Assembly: GCF_009914755.1 (NCBI RefSeq)
Contig: NC_060928.1
Source: the human T2T-CHM13v2.0 reference genome, Homo sapiens
DNA: 64,000 nucleotides
Strand: one strand, 5' to 3'
This document shows positions 1-12,946 of this stretch, piece after piece. Position numbers and translations under genes: made by a program. Within the stretch, counting starts at the first letter, position 1, and each line of letters starts with the position of its first letter. The notes beneath the pieces were generated by a model that was not told the origin of the DNA, searched no databases, and worked only from the letters and a program-made list of their open reading frames with translations.

Positions 1-1126
1 GTGGCTTTCTCCAAATTTGGGTTGGGCTCATATGGTTAACCACCTCTACTGGGCACTTGAGTCAACTAGCCCCCTTGTGTTGGGAACAATGAAACCACTC
101 CCTTGACCACTGACCCAATGCCACATGGGTTATGGGATGGATTCTCCCAGATCGGTGCCAACATATTATAGCACTCCAGCAAAGGGATGTATTTGCCACA
201 GATTGGTCTCAACGGCCCGGCCTAAAGATTGGGAGCAATGGCCCAGTATGCTCCCAACAGGACTCAATGGCTTTGTGGCACCAATTTGTGGCTGTGGCTC
301 CCTGTGGGCTGGCTAGGACGCTGGACTCTAGGCCTCCCATAGCACAAGGTTGCTGGGTAAAAAAAAAAAAAAAAAAAAAATCCAGCCTGTTGTCCACATA
401 TGATTAATAGGTGGACTAGGTCAGTCTTTCATTAGTATGATCATCTAGCTGCAATATTCATGCCCTCAGTAGGGCTAGGAACTGTCATATGGCACATAGA
501 AGCCCTAGCTAACTTTACCAAAAGGGCTCTGAATGACAGCCTCCAGAGCATCTCTCTAATAAATACTGAAATGTGTCACATGCGGAAGGCTATTCTATAA
601 AACCGAATGGCCTTGGACATCCTTACTGCAGCTCAAGGGGGAACTTGTGCCCTCATCAAAACTGAATGCTGTGTGTATATTCCAGATAACTCTGGGAACA
701 TCTCCCTGGCATTAAAAGATGTGCACCAGCAAATTCAGGCCATCTCCAGCCTAGAGCTGTCACTAAATGATTTCTTGCATCATGGTTTGGTGGAAGGCCC
801 TCTTGTGGCAGAAAATTCTGATGTTCTTAGCCTTTCCTAGGCATAGGAGTCACTTTATGCTGTGGAATGTATTGTTACGGTGTGCTGTTTCAGAACATTC
901 CTTGGACTCATGCAGTTATGTTTCAACAGGTGCTACCCCTAAGACTCTGAAATGAAAAATACTTCAGAGAACAGGTGGACCTCTTCCACTCCAACCCCAA
1001 GTTCAAGAACCCCTGATGACGACCCCTCTCAGCAGGAAGTAGCCAGAATTATCACAACATCCAGTACCCCAGCAGCTCCTCTGGCACAAGCATGACAGAA
1101 ATCATGCACAAATTGACAGTGGGGAT
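1..1126 (+). pseudogene. Degraded ERV1 env (end of SU plus TM) of a PABL/HERV-R(b)-like provirus, cut by the window edge
   Basis: MGWILPDRCQHIIALQQRDVFATDWSQRPGL (132 onward) and IFMPSVGLGTVIWHIEALANFTKRALNDSLQSISL closely resemble EnvR(b)/ERVPABLB-1 as recalled. Cleavage-like RWTR at 409-420. Immunosuppressive domain IL*NRMALDILTAAQGGT (TAA at 598-600) followed by CX6CC (CALIKTECC). Several stops and frameshifts. CAGCAGGAAGTAG motif near 1030 and a purine tract before the LTR. Confidence 0.9.
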
Positions 1127-1840
1127 TCTGGCAGCCCAATTCTCCTTGACAATCACACAGAAAAGTCTGTATGACAATCACACAGACAGGCCTGCGTAGC
1201 ACTTCAGTTACACAGACTAAGTTCCACAGAGCTGCCTTAACATTGAGCAAATAGTTAAACCTAGGGAAATCAGTGCCCAGACATCAAAGCTAGAAATGAA
1301 ACGTATGGTCAGTAGGAGCCTTGCATGGGCTTCTCCGTAACCTAGAGCAAACCAAAATAAAGAGACAGTCTTGCATTTCTAGTGCCAGGACCCATCTCGG
1401 GTCGATGAAATCTGAGATGAGTCAAGGCATGAGAGGCAGCTGTTTGAATAAATTCATTGGAGCGCCTAAGGCAGATCTCCAGACCAAGCTGTAAGGGAGA
1501 TAAGATAGAAGTCATCACTGTTGTACCACAGTAGACAGGCCTTGAAGGTACTGGGCCCTTTTAATCAGACTTAGCAAGCATTTTTGTCTCTGATCTTCTA
1601 GTCGAAGCAAAATTAGTTACCAATAGGCTTAGGCAAACGCTATACTGCATGTAGGCACATAACCCCAACCTATATAAGCACTAAGAAAATTGTAACACTC
1701 TGAGTTGGTCTGGTGGAATTATCTCCGGCCTTCTCCCTGTATCCAGTTACAGCAATAAATTCCATTCTTCCCTAGTTTGTCTGCTTCCCGTTACTGGGCC
1801 ACGAGAAAACGCAGCCAGACCTGGCTTGGTTCCAGGAACA
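1127..1840 (+). mobile_element. 3' LTR of the provirus (PABL_A/PABL_B-like)
   Basis: Follows env and the purine tract; ends ...GGAACA at 1840; TATATAA at 1671; AATAAA at 1754-1759; internal repeat TGACAATCACACAGA. Confidence 0.8.
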
Positions 1841-1844
1841 TGTT

Positions 1845-2240
1845 CCACAGAAAATGAAAGGAGAAAACATGGCATTCAGAAAACAAGAATTTTTACACTG
1901 GAGACAACTGAAGGGAATCACCAGACTGATGGAAGGGAATCCCAGGATGACTGTGTGTCCCAGGTCTAGAGGGTGATCAGTGAGATGGCTCTCAGAGAGG
2001 TCAGAAGCCCTCAGAGACCTTGTTTGAAAAAAATGAAATTGATAGAGTATCCACTAGGAATAATTATATTAAAAATGATTCAGACAACAGGAAATAGTTC
2101 AGGGTTAAATTCGTGATAACTACTTAAAGTCATCAAAAAGGACACATTTGTCCTACCCTCTCTGTACAAACTGTTTTTCAGGGGAATCAAACAGTTGATA
2201 AAGGAAAAGTTTGTACTGACAGAAGAATTTTAGCTAATGC
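1845..2240 (+). mobile_element. Ancient L1/HAL1-like fragment
   Basis: GAAGGGAATCCCAGGATGAC...GGTCTAGAG motif shared with the related old element near 26900-27020. Confidence 0.4.
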
Positions 2241-2259
2241 AGAAAAAATACTGGATTTA

Positions 2260-2462
2260 TTATTTTTATTTATTTATTTTATTTATTTATTTATTTATTT
2301 ATTTTTGAGACAGAGTCTCGCTCCGTTGCCCAGGCTGGAGTGCAGTGGCGTGATCTTGGCTCACTGCAAGCTCTGCCTCCCAGGTTCATACCATTCTCCT
2401 GCCTCAGCCTCCTGAGTAGCTGGGACTACAGGTGCCTGCCACCATGCCTGGCTAATTTTTTG
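2260..2462 (-). mobile_element. 5'-truncated Alu (right arm, AluY-like)
   Basis: GCAAGCTCTGCCTCCCAGGTTCATACCATTCTCC; (TTTA)n tail; 16-bp TSD AAAAATACTGGATTTA at 2244-2259 and 2463-2478. Confidence 0.95.
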
Positions 2463-2705
2463 AAAAATACTGGATTTAAAAAACGCCATTTAAAATACCT
2501 TATGAAGTAATATTAACAGATATAGGCAATGATCATCAGTGAGTGCTAAAAAGTATTAGGTGAAAGGTAGGAAAGAGAATTTTATAATGAGGGGATCAGG
2601 CTGACACCACCTGCATCCACTGATCAATCTTAGCATCTCTAAAACTGAGATGCTAAATATCTTGTGCCTTATAATGTGACATAATTAGCTGTGCTCAGCA
2701 TTAAT

Positions 2706-3480
<775 letters not shown>

Positions 3481-3883
3481 GCCCATGAAGTATTCCTTAA
3501 AACAAAAAATATAGCATGTGTATATTTCTGTAATGTTTCTCTTTTTTTAACACAAGAAGTTACTATTTTTTAAGAAGAGAAAAAACAACAAAGAATTCCA
3601 CAAGGAAAACTATGCATATGTACACACATGTGTATATGTACACACAAACATTCAGAGGAAAAATATTATGCTACAAGCAAAAGTAATGATGGTTTTACTA
3701 CATAGCTCAGTTCTAAATCATACAGAGTCATGATAATGTAAACTATGAATATAAACCTTAACAAGATTGCAATATAACTAGATGGAAAAGTTGAAGGGAT
3801 ATGAGAATAAGTATGTGTGTGGTGGTGCTGGTAGGAGAAGAGAAATAAATTTTCACTTTCTATTGTGAGAAACCAATAACTAA

Positions 3884-3976
3884 TGCTTCTAAGGTCTGAA
3901 TGTTTGTGTCACCTTAGGATTCACATGTTGAAATCCTACCCCATGCCCAAAGTGATGGAATAGGAGATGGGGCCTA
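3884..3976 (+). mobile_element. MLT1A/MST LTR 5' fragment
   Basis: GGTCTGAATGTTTGTGTC...ATGTTGAAATCCTA...GGAGATGGGGCCT. Confidence 0.6.
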
Positions 3977-4339
3977 CCCATTCAAGTCTCTGGGACTTGC
4001 CAGAAGATTTCTAGGTCAGTCTGAGAAAATTACCCCTCTAGTCAAGCAGTTTCATTTTACCAATGACTCAGCAAAACTGTGAAGGTATACCTTCTCCACC
4101 AAGGAAATTTACTCGAATAAAAGCATGGTAAGAGGAATAGGGCTTAAAGAAACCTTGAAATATCACTTATTAATTTCATCTGAAGCATTTCCTTGTGGTT
4201 AACATAGTCACTTTTTTCCTTAGAAAAAAAGCCCCCAAATAATGAATTTTATAAGTCCAGGTTATTAAAAATTATATTATTAAATTATGGCTTGCCTGTA
4301 ATTTAAAGGAGCTCTTCACAGTGAGTGGAAATAACTTCC

Positions 4340-4470
4340 TAGAATTCTAGGTTTCTACCAATTATGTGGCCTTGAGTAAACCATGTAACTTCATGAACCT
4401 CAGCTTTCTCATCTGTAAGATAAGGGCTGGAGGTGGATAAATTTATCTCAGGATGTTCTTTCTGCTCTAA
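4340..4470. mobile_element. MIR
   Basis: Core AACCTCAGCTTTCTCATCTGTAAGATAAGGG. Confidence 0.65.
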
Positions 4471-4619
4471 AATTATTACAGGTTCTTAATTTAGGTGCCA
4501 GTAATATCTGAGAATAGTAATTTAATCAAAACCACAAATGGTCTTTGTACCCCTTACTCTATGTAAAACATTGTCTTAATATTAATAATTTCTATATGTT
4601 AAAGTAACTGAGTAGTAAG

Positions 4620-6175
4620 TAATGAGATGCAGCATGTATTCTTTTCCCTGGCTTCTTTTAGCATAATTATTATGAGATTCATCCAGCGTTTTCATGTGTA
4701 TCAGTAGTTCACTCCATTTTATTGCTGAATAGCATTTTTATGGATATACCATGATTTGTTTATTCTTTCATCTTTTGATGGACATTTGGGTCATTTCAGT
4801 TTGGGGCTATTGCAAATAGAATTGCCATGAACATTCATATACAAATCTTTGTGTGGACATAGGCTTTCTTTTCCCTGGGTAAACCTAGGAGAGGAATCAC
4901 TGGGCCATATGATAGGTGTATGTTTAATTTTTGTAGAAACTGCCAGAACTGCTTTCCAAAGTGGTTGTACAATTTAACATTCCTCACAGTGACATATAAG
5001 AGCTGTAATTGCTCCACATCCTCACCAACACTTGATATGGTTGGTCTTTTTACTCACTGTAGTCATATGCAACAGTTTCTCACTGTGGTTTTAATTTGCA
5101 CTTCCCTAATAATTGATGATGTTGAACATCTTTTCATGTGCTGATTTCCTATCTACATATCTTCTTTGGTTAAGGGTCTGATTAGATATTTTGTCTTTGT
5201 TTTATTCAGTTCATTCTCTTATTATGTTTTTAAAATTATATATCCCATCTCAGACATTTTATTTTTTATCTCTAGAAGTTCAACTTGGGTCTTTTAGAAA
5301 ATATCTTTCATACCTCTATTTAACATGAACAATCTTCCCCCATCCTTTTGAATTTATGAAATATAACTATTTTAATGTCATTATCTATTAATTATATATG
5401 TTTACTTCTTTTTGTATTGATTCATTTTTCTCATTCATACCTTTTTCTTTTTGTTCTCTTCTTTCCTCCTAGTTATTAAGCCTCTGACATTGTGAATTTT
5501 ACCTTGTTGAGTACTGCATATTTCTGTACTCTATTAAAAAAAATTCTTGAGCTGTGTTCTGGGTCACAGTTAAGTTACTTGGAAATAGTTTGATTCATTC
5601 ACATCTTGTTTTTAGCAGCTTTTTGTTTAGGGTTAATTTTTCTCTATTACTCAGAACACCGTCTTGAGTACTTTGCCCAATGCCAAAGTTTTCCGCTCTG
5701 GCTGGTGGGAACACAAACTCTTTCTGCTGGGTGTGAGCTCCGACATTTTCCCTCTGCTCCTTTTAGGTGGTGTTTTCTCTGGCCTACATTAGTTTTCTCA
5801 CTTGTCTGTGTTCAGGTGGCCTTTCTATAATCTCCGGAGCTCTCTCTGTGGTAGCTCCCTCTTCGCTGGTAATTTGCCCTATCTCTTGGACCCCAGCTTC
5901 ATATCCTTAACTCAGCGTAACTGCTGGTTTTTGTCTAGGCTCCTCCTCCCATCGCAATAGCCTGGAAACTCTCTGCAGTTAGTAAGCTGGGGCAATTATA
6001 GGGCTTACCTCATTTGTTTTCTCATCTCTCAAGGATCACTGTTCTTCACTGCCTGTTATCCAAAGTCTGAAAACCACTGTTCCACAGAGTATTGTGTTGA
6101 GGTTATTTTAGTTGTTTCAGGTGAAGTGTATGTCCCATCCCTGCTACTTTCTTTATCTGCCTAGAAGTTGAAGTT
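4620..6175 (-). mobile_element. Old L1 (L1M) fragments
   Basis: Antisense ORF2 3' motifs (GGACATTTGGGTCATTTCAG, CTCACTGTGGTTTTAATTTGCA, GATGTTGAACATCTTTTCATGTG) followed by further degraded L1-like sequence. Confidence 0.75.
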
Positions 6176-6384
6176 GCCTTTTTTAATACTATTACTTTTT
6201 ATAGTAAAAAGTATAGTAACTATACTTTTTATAGTAATAATTTCCTTGCTTTATTTTTTAAGTTTCACCATTTAAATATATATCCTTAGACAATGTAATT
6301 TAGTCTTGCAGATTTAAAAGTATGACATGCTTTTAAGTCTCTTTTAATCTGTAAATTATTCCTCTATTCCTTCATTACCTTACA

Positions 6385-7890
6385 GGAAGAGGGGGAGCTG
6401 GCCTAAGTAAATTTGGAAATGAATGGAGTCTATGAGACTAAAGGTAAAAGGAACTGCACATAGACATTGTACTCTAGTGTTAAAGTTATTCCCCATAGGA
6501 GTACAGGTTAACATTCCCAAGCTGCTATACATGTGTAATAGAATTGAACAATTAATTAAATGGATGGCAGATGGTGGGAGCCAAGTTTCTCACTGTTGGG
6601 GTGGGAATTGATAGTTGAGCAAGGAGGTAGGGCTAGGATGATTCATATGCTAATGGATCTGAGTTAAAGATGTTGGTAGGAATTCATGTTTAGCTTAATA
6701 CACAGATGATTTCGTCTAGAAATATTTTTACATATGTGTACATATGGAATTATTATATGCACATATATTTCTTTATCAGCTGAGACAGCTCAAAAGCAAT
6801 GACACCCCAGTAGCAACAAGTACACCTAATGCCCAGATCTTGGTGTTTCTAATAAAATATCAGTTAGAAGCCACAGTGGCTTTTAATACCATTTCCAACA
6901 AAAGGAACCAGGGTTCCTTGGAGAAATGGCTGATTCTAGAACTAGGACAGAAAACATACAAGACGAGCCTGGGGCATGTTGTAGTGTCAGAAAGTAAGGA
7001 AGTACAAAAACAAACAAACAAAATACTACCATAATTGTATGAGCCTGTGAAAGGAGCACAGGCGCCAACTGAAAGAGCTCCCAATGGTCAAAGATGAAAC
7101 AATTTGAGCAATAAAAATAAAGTAATACAGGATTACCACAAGTATAAAATAAAGTGAGTCCATACTGATATAAACAACTAAATAAATTAATAAATGGAAG
7201 AGACTAATATCCCATGCAGAAAAATTCCAACTAATTTATATAGATACTCTGCTCTCAAGGAAAGAAACATAAATCCTTACTTCTTAAATACGGGCTGTGC
7301 ATATCTCCTTCCAAATAATACATAATAGAAACCAAGTGAAAAAGAGTAACTCTATTGTGAAGAAACCTGGCGAACACTCACTCAACAATATGATCAAAAT
7401 CAACAGTAATAAATCACGTTGATAGTATGTAGCTTTGACACGATGTGATGAAATGACACTGCACCTTTGTAATCTTTCTCTCCAAAACCTATAACCCCAG
7501 TTGAGATATGAGAAAAATAGCAGATAAATTCCAACAGTGGGATACAACAAAATACCTGGACAGTACTCCTCAAATCAGTTAAGGTCATCAAAAATAAAGA
7601 AAGGCTAAGAAACTGTCATAGCCAAGAGGAGACTAATGAGATATGACAAATAAACATAATGTCGTGTTCTAGATGGGATCCCGAAACAGAAAATGTAGGT
7701 AAAGCTAAGGAAATCTTGACAAACTTGATCTTTGTTAACAATAACGCATCAATATTAGTTCATTAAGTATAACAAATGTACCATACTAAGGTAAGATGTT
7801 AACAATTGGAAAAATTGGGTTTGGGGGTATGTATTAATTCTGTACTGTCTGCTTCATTTTTCTACAAATCTAAAATTGCCCCAAAAAAGA
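6385..7890 (+). mobile_element. L1MC-type long 3' UTR
   Basis: GAACCAGGGTTCCTTGGAGAAATGGCTGATTCTAG and TAACAAATGTACCATACTAA motifs; A-rich end. Confidence 0.8.
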
Positions 7891-9009
7891 CTATTTTTTT
7901 AAAAAAGAATCCTGGCAGCCCAATGCAAATATGCTTCTGTCTCATGTTAAATCCTCAAATGCTCAACATCCACTGAACCTTTTCAAACAACAACAGCTGG
8001 CAAATTCTGTTTACCTCTGGCATCTCAACTTCGTTAATGCCGCCTTACCAGTGATTGACATGGTGTTATATCAGTATTCTATTGCTTCTTCTCACTTCTG
8101 TGGACTTAAAATGAATTATCTGGGTGATATTACCTGCTCCCTCTTTCTAATAAATATCCTAGAGAGTGGTTGCATTTTGACTTCACCGTATACTCAGACT
8201 AGGGAGCATGCCAGCAGAACCTATCTCCTGGTTTTCCATTGTTCCCTAGATAGCTCTGTTTTGGTAATTAGTTAACATTGGCACAGTTCCAGCTTCATGG
8301 GTGTCCATGTGCTCTCTCTTTCCACTCATTGCCTCCTTCTTCTATTTAAGTTAATTAAATAATTACTTTTCTCATTATTTTCCGATAGTCATCCAGGGGA
8401 AATAACATGCTCAAAACTATAATTTTCAGCATATATTTCAGAGATCCTTTAAAGAAACATTCTCACCTAGAGCAATTTTTATTTTCTGCAGCTATTGACA
8501 AAAGCATTTCCTCCAGCAGTTGAAAAAGCTGCCTAACCAGCTGGTTTACCAGCATGACTTGTAGTTGGGTTTCCCAATAGAAGTCCCCACTGGGCTTGCA
8601 CATTGGTGAAGGGACATGTAGTAGTGGCACTTCTCCCCGAGCTAAACAACTGAAGGAGTGTTTTCTCACTCTGAACAAGAGTGCATATACTCTTTTCCTG
8701 ATGTTACGTACAGTTAGACTCTTTCCCATAATAAGAAATTGAGACAGGTTGTGTCAGTTAATGGAGTTTTATTCTAAAGATGGAGGGAAGAAAAGGGGAA
8801 AGGAGGTGTTTTCAGCAGCCACACAACCAGAAAATAGGCAGAGCACCCTAGGACTGCATATAATGGAAACTCAGTTACTCTTAGCTTCTGCTGCTATTTG
8901 TCTTACCCCTACCAACTAATTGACTGATTTTCTCAAATTCAAACTACTCAAAAGAGAAGATATAATTTGATCTGCCTATCACAATCCAATTTAAGCTACT
9001 CATGTTTTC

Positions 9010-9238
9010 TCCTTCTCCTCCTCATCCTCTTTCTTTCTCCATCCCTTTTGCTCAGCCTTCCTATAACCTCTAGTCCTTTTCTCTTTGGGGGCTCCAAAAC
9101 ACTGAGTAGGTCACAGTATCCTGAGTTTTTGTGATGTAGAGTCCTCAAAAACCCACACATTAATTTCAAGCAAGCCACTCAGAAACCCAGATGTTGCAAT
9201 ACTATTTGATAATGGTGAGAATCTTCCCCCTTTTAGAA
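9010..9238. repeat. Local direct duplication, copy 1 (pairs with 10978-11210)
   Basis: Shared tracts such as ATTTCAAGCAAGCCACTCAGAA, CCCAGATGTTGCA and ATAATGGTGAGAATCTTCCCC. Confidence 0.95.
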
Positions 9239-9837
9239 AGATTTTGTGCTAGGCTTCCTTATCATTGCTGGCTGAGCTACGAATGGCTGCCTTTGGGTCA
9301 GGTGCTCAGTTGGGTCTTGTCACCTGGGACCAGGAGATGGGATCATGTCATTTAAAGTGCAACAACCAATTCACTAGGAAACACCCAGATAGAAGCCATG
9401 GGTCAGGAAGAAAATGAATCACATACTACTCTTTTCCATAATAGACCAGTGTTCCCAAAGTTCCTTCAGTGGAAACACCACTTCATTGGGAATGCAGTGT
9501 GCATTTTGTGAAAAAGGATCTTCTGATAAATTTCATTCCACAAATATTTATGAATGATTACTAAGTTCCAGGCACAGTTCTATACTCTTAAATATCTGAG
9601 GAACGCTGTGTTACACAAATTAAACAGATTTTTATGCTGCAAAACTCTTACCACTTTTAACATGCCAGTGAGCCCAAGTGAAGGGCTATAGATTGTACTA
9701 TCTCTCAAATTTATAATACGAGTGCTCTTTTTCTGAAAAACATTTCTTAAGCCTCATATTACACAAAACATACATCTTGAGAGACACTTAAGTATACAGT
9801 TGAAGATCCAGGAAATCACACTGTCAAAGGACACATG

Positions 9838-10386
9838 TATTGTAGCTAGTCTCCACAGTTACCCCCTACCCCTGATGAACCACATATCCTGGTATTCATA
9901 CTCCTATGTAGTCCTCACCTACTTTGAATCCAGGCTGAACTTGTGACGACTTACTTAGCCAACAGAATGCGGTAGAAGTGACTGTATGCCAGTTCCAGAC
10001 TCAAGCTTCACAGCCTCTTAAGAAGTGTGGCTACCTTGCTGGAAAAACTGCATGAAGAGGCCACATGGAGAAAAAGAGGTTCTCAGACTATTTGGAAAAG
10101 ACCAAGGAACCCACCCTGCAGGAAGAACCGAAGTCCCAGATATATGACCCTGTTGAGCATTAGCCAGATGCCATCATTCATGCCATCCTAGATGAAGTGA
10201 CAGACATGGGAGTAAAGAAGCCTTCTTGGATGTCCCAGTCCCAGTAGCTATCAAGCAAATCCAAGATGAGCCCTCTCTGTATGTCCAAGCCAAATGCCCA
10301 ATGCACAAAATTGTGTGAGATGATAAAATGCTTGTTGTTTTAAGCCACTAAGTTTTGAAGTAGTTTATTAGGCAGCAATAGTTAAA
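9838..10386 (+). mobile_element. MLT1 (F/G/H-like) LTR
   Basis: GCCAACAGAATGCGGTAGAAGTGAC and TTGTTTTAAGCCACTAAGTTTTG...GCAGCAATAG. Confidence 0.75.
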
Positions 10387-10977
10387 AAAATATTAACTAT
10401 TCTGGAAAAATTACTACATAAACAATGTATTGCACCAAGATTACATTTATAAACACATATGTCTATTTCAGAAATGACCCATTTTAGAGGAAATACTTTA
10501 AATATCATTTATTTATAGAGACTTAAATAATTTCATGGTTTATTATAATAATTTTCATTCATTTACTTTTGTACCTCTTTATCAGTAAAAATTAAAAATC
10601 AAATAAAAGAAGTTATAAAATATTTAATCACAGAGAAACCAATTTAATTGTACATATTTCTTGCAGTAAACAAATTAAAATGCTTGCATACAATAAGAAA
10701 CTAAGAAAAAATTGGATTGAACTTGAGACACGCATTTGTTTATAAGATGCTAATCTAATTAAAAGCACATCTGTTTGTTTATGCTGCAAGAAATCTCAAT
10801 AGCAATTAGGAAATTATAAATTCCTAACATAAAAACTAGCCCTAATTTTAGTCAGAGGACACCATCCTGTTATTTATAAGCTTGGGGGTACTAATTATTT
10901 ACCGTGCAGAAGGTAAAATGCACTAGTGAAACACAGTACTCCTTCTCCTTCTCCTCCTCCTCTTCCTCCTCTTCTCT

Positions 10978-11210
10978 TCTCCTTCTCCTCCTCATCCTCT
11001 TCCTTTCTCCTTCTCTTTTGCTCAACCTTCCCATAACTTCTAGTCCTTTTCTCCTTCGATGTCCAAAATACCGAGTAGGTTATAATATCCTGCGTTTTTG
11101 TGATGCAGAGTCCTGAAAAAAAACCCACACGTTCATTTCAAGCAAGCCACTCAGAAGCCCAGATGTTGCATTACTATGTTATAATGGTGAGAATCTTCCC
11201 CATTTTAGAA
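10978..11210. repeat. Local direct duplication, copy 2
   Basis: See copy 1; preceded by an extended CCT/CTT low-complexity tract. Confidence 0.95.
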
Positions 11211-12189
11211 CTCACCCTTTTCTAGGCTGAGCAGCCTAGTAGCATAAGATGCACAGGATCCTAAATCACAGTTCTTCTGTCCTTACATTAAAGCTGCATT
11301 CTTCTTGGTTAACATTACTAGGCATGACTTTCTGATATTTACACAAATTATTTCATACAGATGTTTTAGTATATGCAAATGACTAAGCAGAGTTGTTTAA
11401 TAAGAATTTAAATATTTAAGACTAAGTTTTCATTTTGGAATTACAGTAACACATTTCAAGAGAATACAAAAAGATGCACTAAATAACATTATGTCCAATA
11501 AAGCACAAAGTTAATAATGTTGTTTAAGGAAAAACTGGAAGAAAGAGGGCATTTTTTTCCTATTTCTTTCAACCAAGTGTTTGGAGGCTATCATAGGGTT
11601 GTCTACTTTGTTTTGTGTTTCTTTTTAACATGTTGGCTTCAATTCTTCAGTTTTGACCTTTTGATCTGTCTTTCATCTGACAATTCCAGGACAAATGCTG
11701 GAGTATAACACATATTTAATGGAAGTATTATAATTCAGGCAGACTGGCATCTCTCTGGTTCCTATAAGAATTTATTTCTATCAAGCAACAGTAGTACTCT
11801 ATGTTACCTCATTGGTTAGCATACAGTGCCTAGTGTTAACTTTCCTTTACCTTCTAATCATAAATTAGATTCTACTATGCTAATCTTAAGAGCAACCGTT
11901 GTATTAAAGGAAACAGATCACTATAATTCAATCTAAATTTACTTAGAAGGAATTATTTCATTAAAGGTACTATACCTGAATAGATCAAGAAACTGCTCTC
12001 TAGTTGTGTTTCTGCATAAATAATAAACTGACTGAGACATGAAAGAGTACCCTGAAGAAACTATAGATATGAGTACGGTGACTCACTGGTTTGAAGAACA
12101 GAAAGTTTCTCTGTGATGCTCCACAATGTTTTCCTTTCTTCTAGTTTTTTTTACGTTAACTTTGTGATTTGTTGGACATAATGTGTGTA

Positions 12190-12946
12190 TACAATCTGCC
12201 CTCTGCAAACTGGAAAGTTACAAAAGCCCTTGGTGTAAATATTTAGCCTTAATCCAAAGGCTTGGGAACTGGGAGAGCTGACAGTGAAACTCCCAATCAA
12301 GTTTGAAAGCCTGAAAACCAGGATAGACCATTAGTGTAAGTTCTGAGTCTGGAGGCCCAATAACTGGAAGCTCTGATGTCCAAAGGCAGGACAAGATGAA
12401 TCCACTAGCTCAAGAAGAGAGAGTGAGGACAGGCACAGTGGCTCACATCTGTAATTCCAGCACTTTGGGAGGCCAAGGTGGGAGGGTTGCTTGAGGCCAG
12501 GAGTTCAAGACCAATATAGCAAGACCTCGAGCTCTACAAAAAATAAAATTAGCTGGATGTGGTGGCATATGCCTATGGTCCCAGCTACTCAGGAGGCTGA
12601 AGCAGGAAGATCACTACAGGTTGAAGCTGTGGTGAGCCATGATCATGCCACTGCCTTCCAACCTGAGAGAGAGAGGGAGACCTGACCTTCTCTGGGGGGA
12701 AAAGAAGAAGTAGAGAGAGAGGGAGTGAATTAATCCTTCCTCCATCTTTTTGTTTTACTGAGCTCTGTAAGGATTAGACAATGCCCACCCACATGGGTGA
12801 AGGTGTGTCTTCTTTTTCCCAGTCCACCAATTCAAATGCTAATCTCTTCCAGAAACTTCCTCACAGACACACTGAGAAATAATGTCTTACCAGCTATGTG
12901 GGCATCTCTTAGCCTGGTCAAGTTGACAGTAAAATTAACCATGACA
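12190..12946 (-). mobile_element. MLT2 (ERVL) LTR interrupted by an Alu
   Basis: AATGCTAATCTCTTCCAGAAAC...CTCACAGACACAC...GTCAAGTTGACA...AATTAACCATGACA. Confidence 0.85.
12427..12702 (+). mobile_element. AluJ
   Basis: GGACAGGCACAGTGGCTCAC...GTGAGCCATGATCATGCCACTG. Confidence 0.9.

Noticed and set aside
1836-1845. Perfect p53 half-site GAACATGTTC at the LTR/flank junction
   Set aside because: No second adjacent half-site; single decamers are common by chance.
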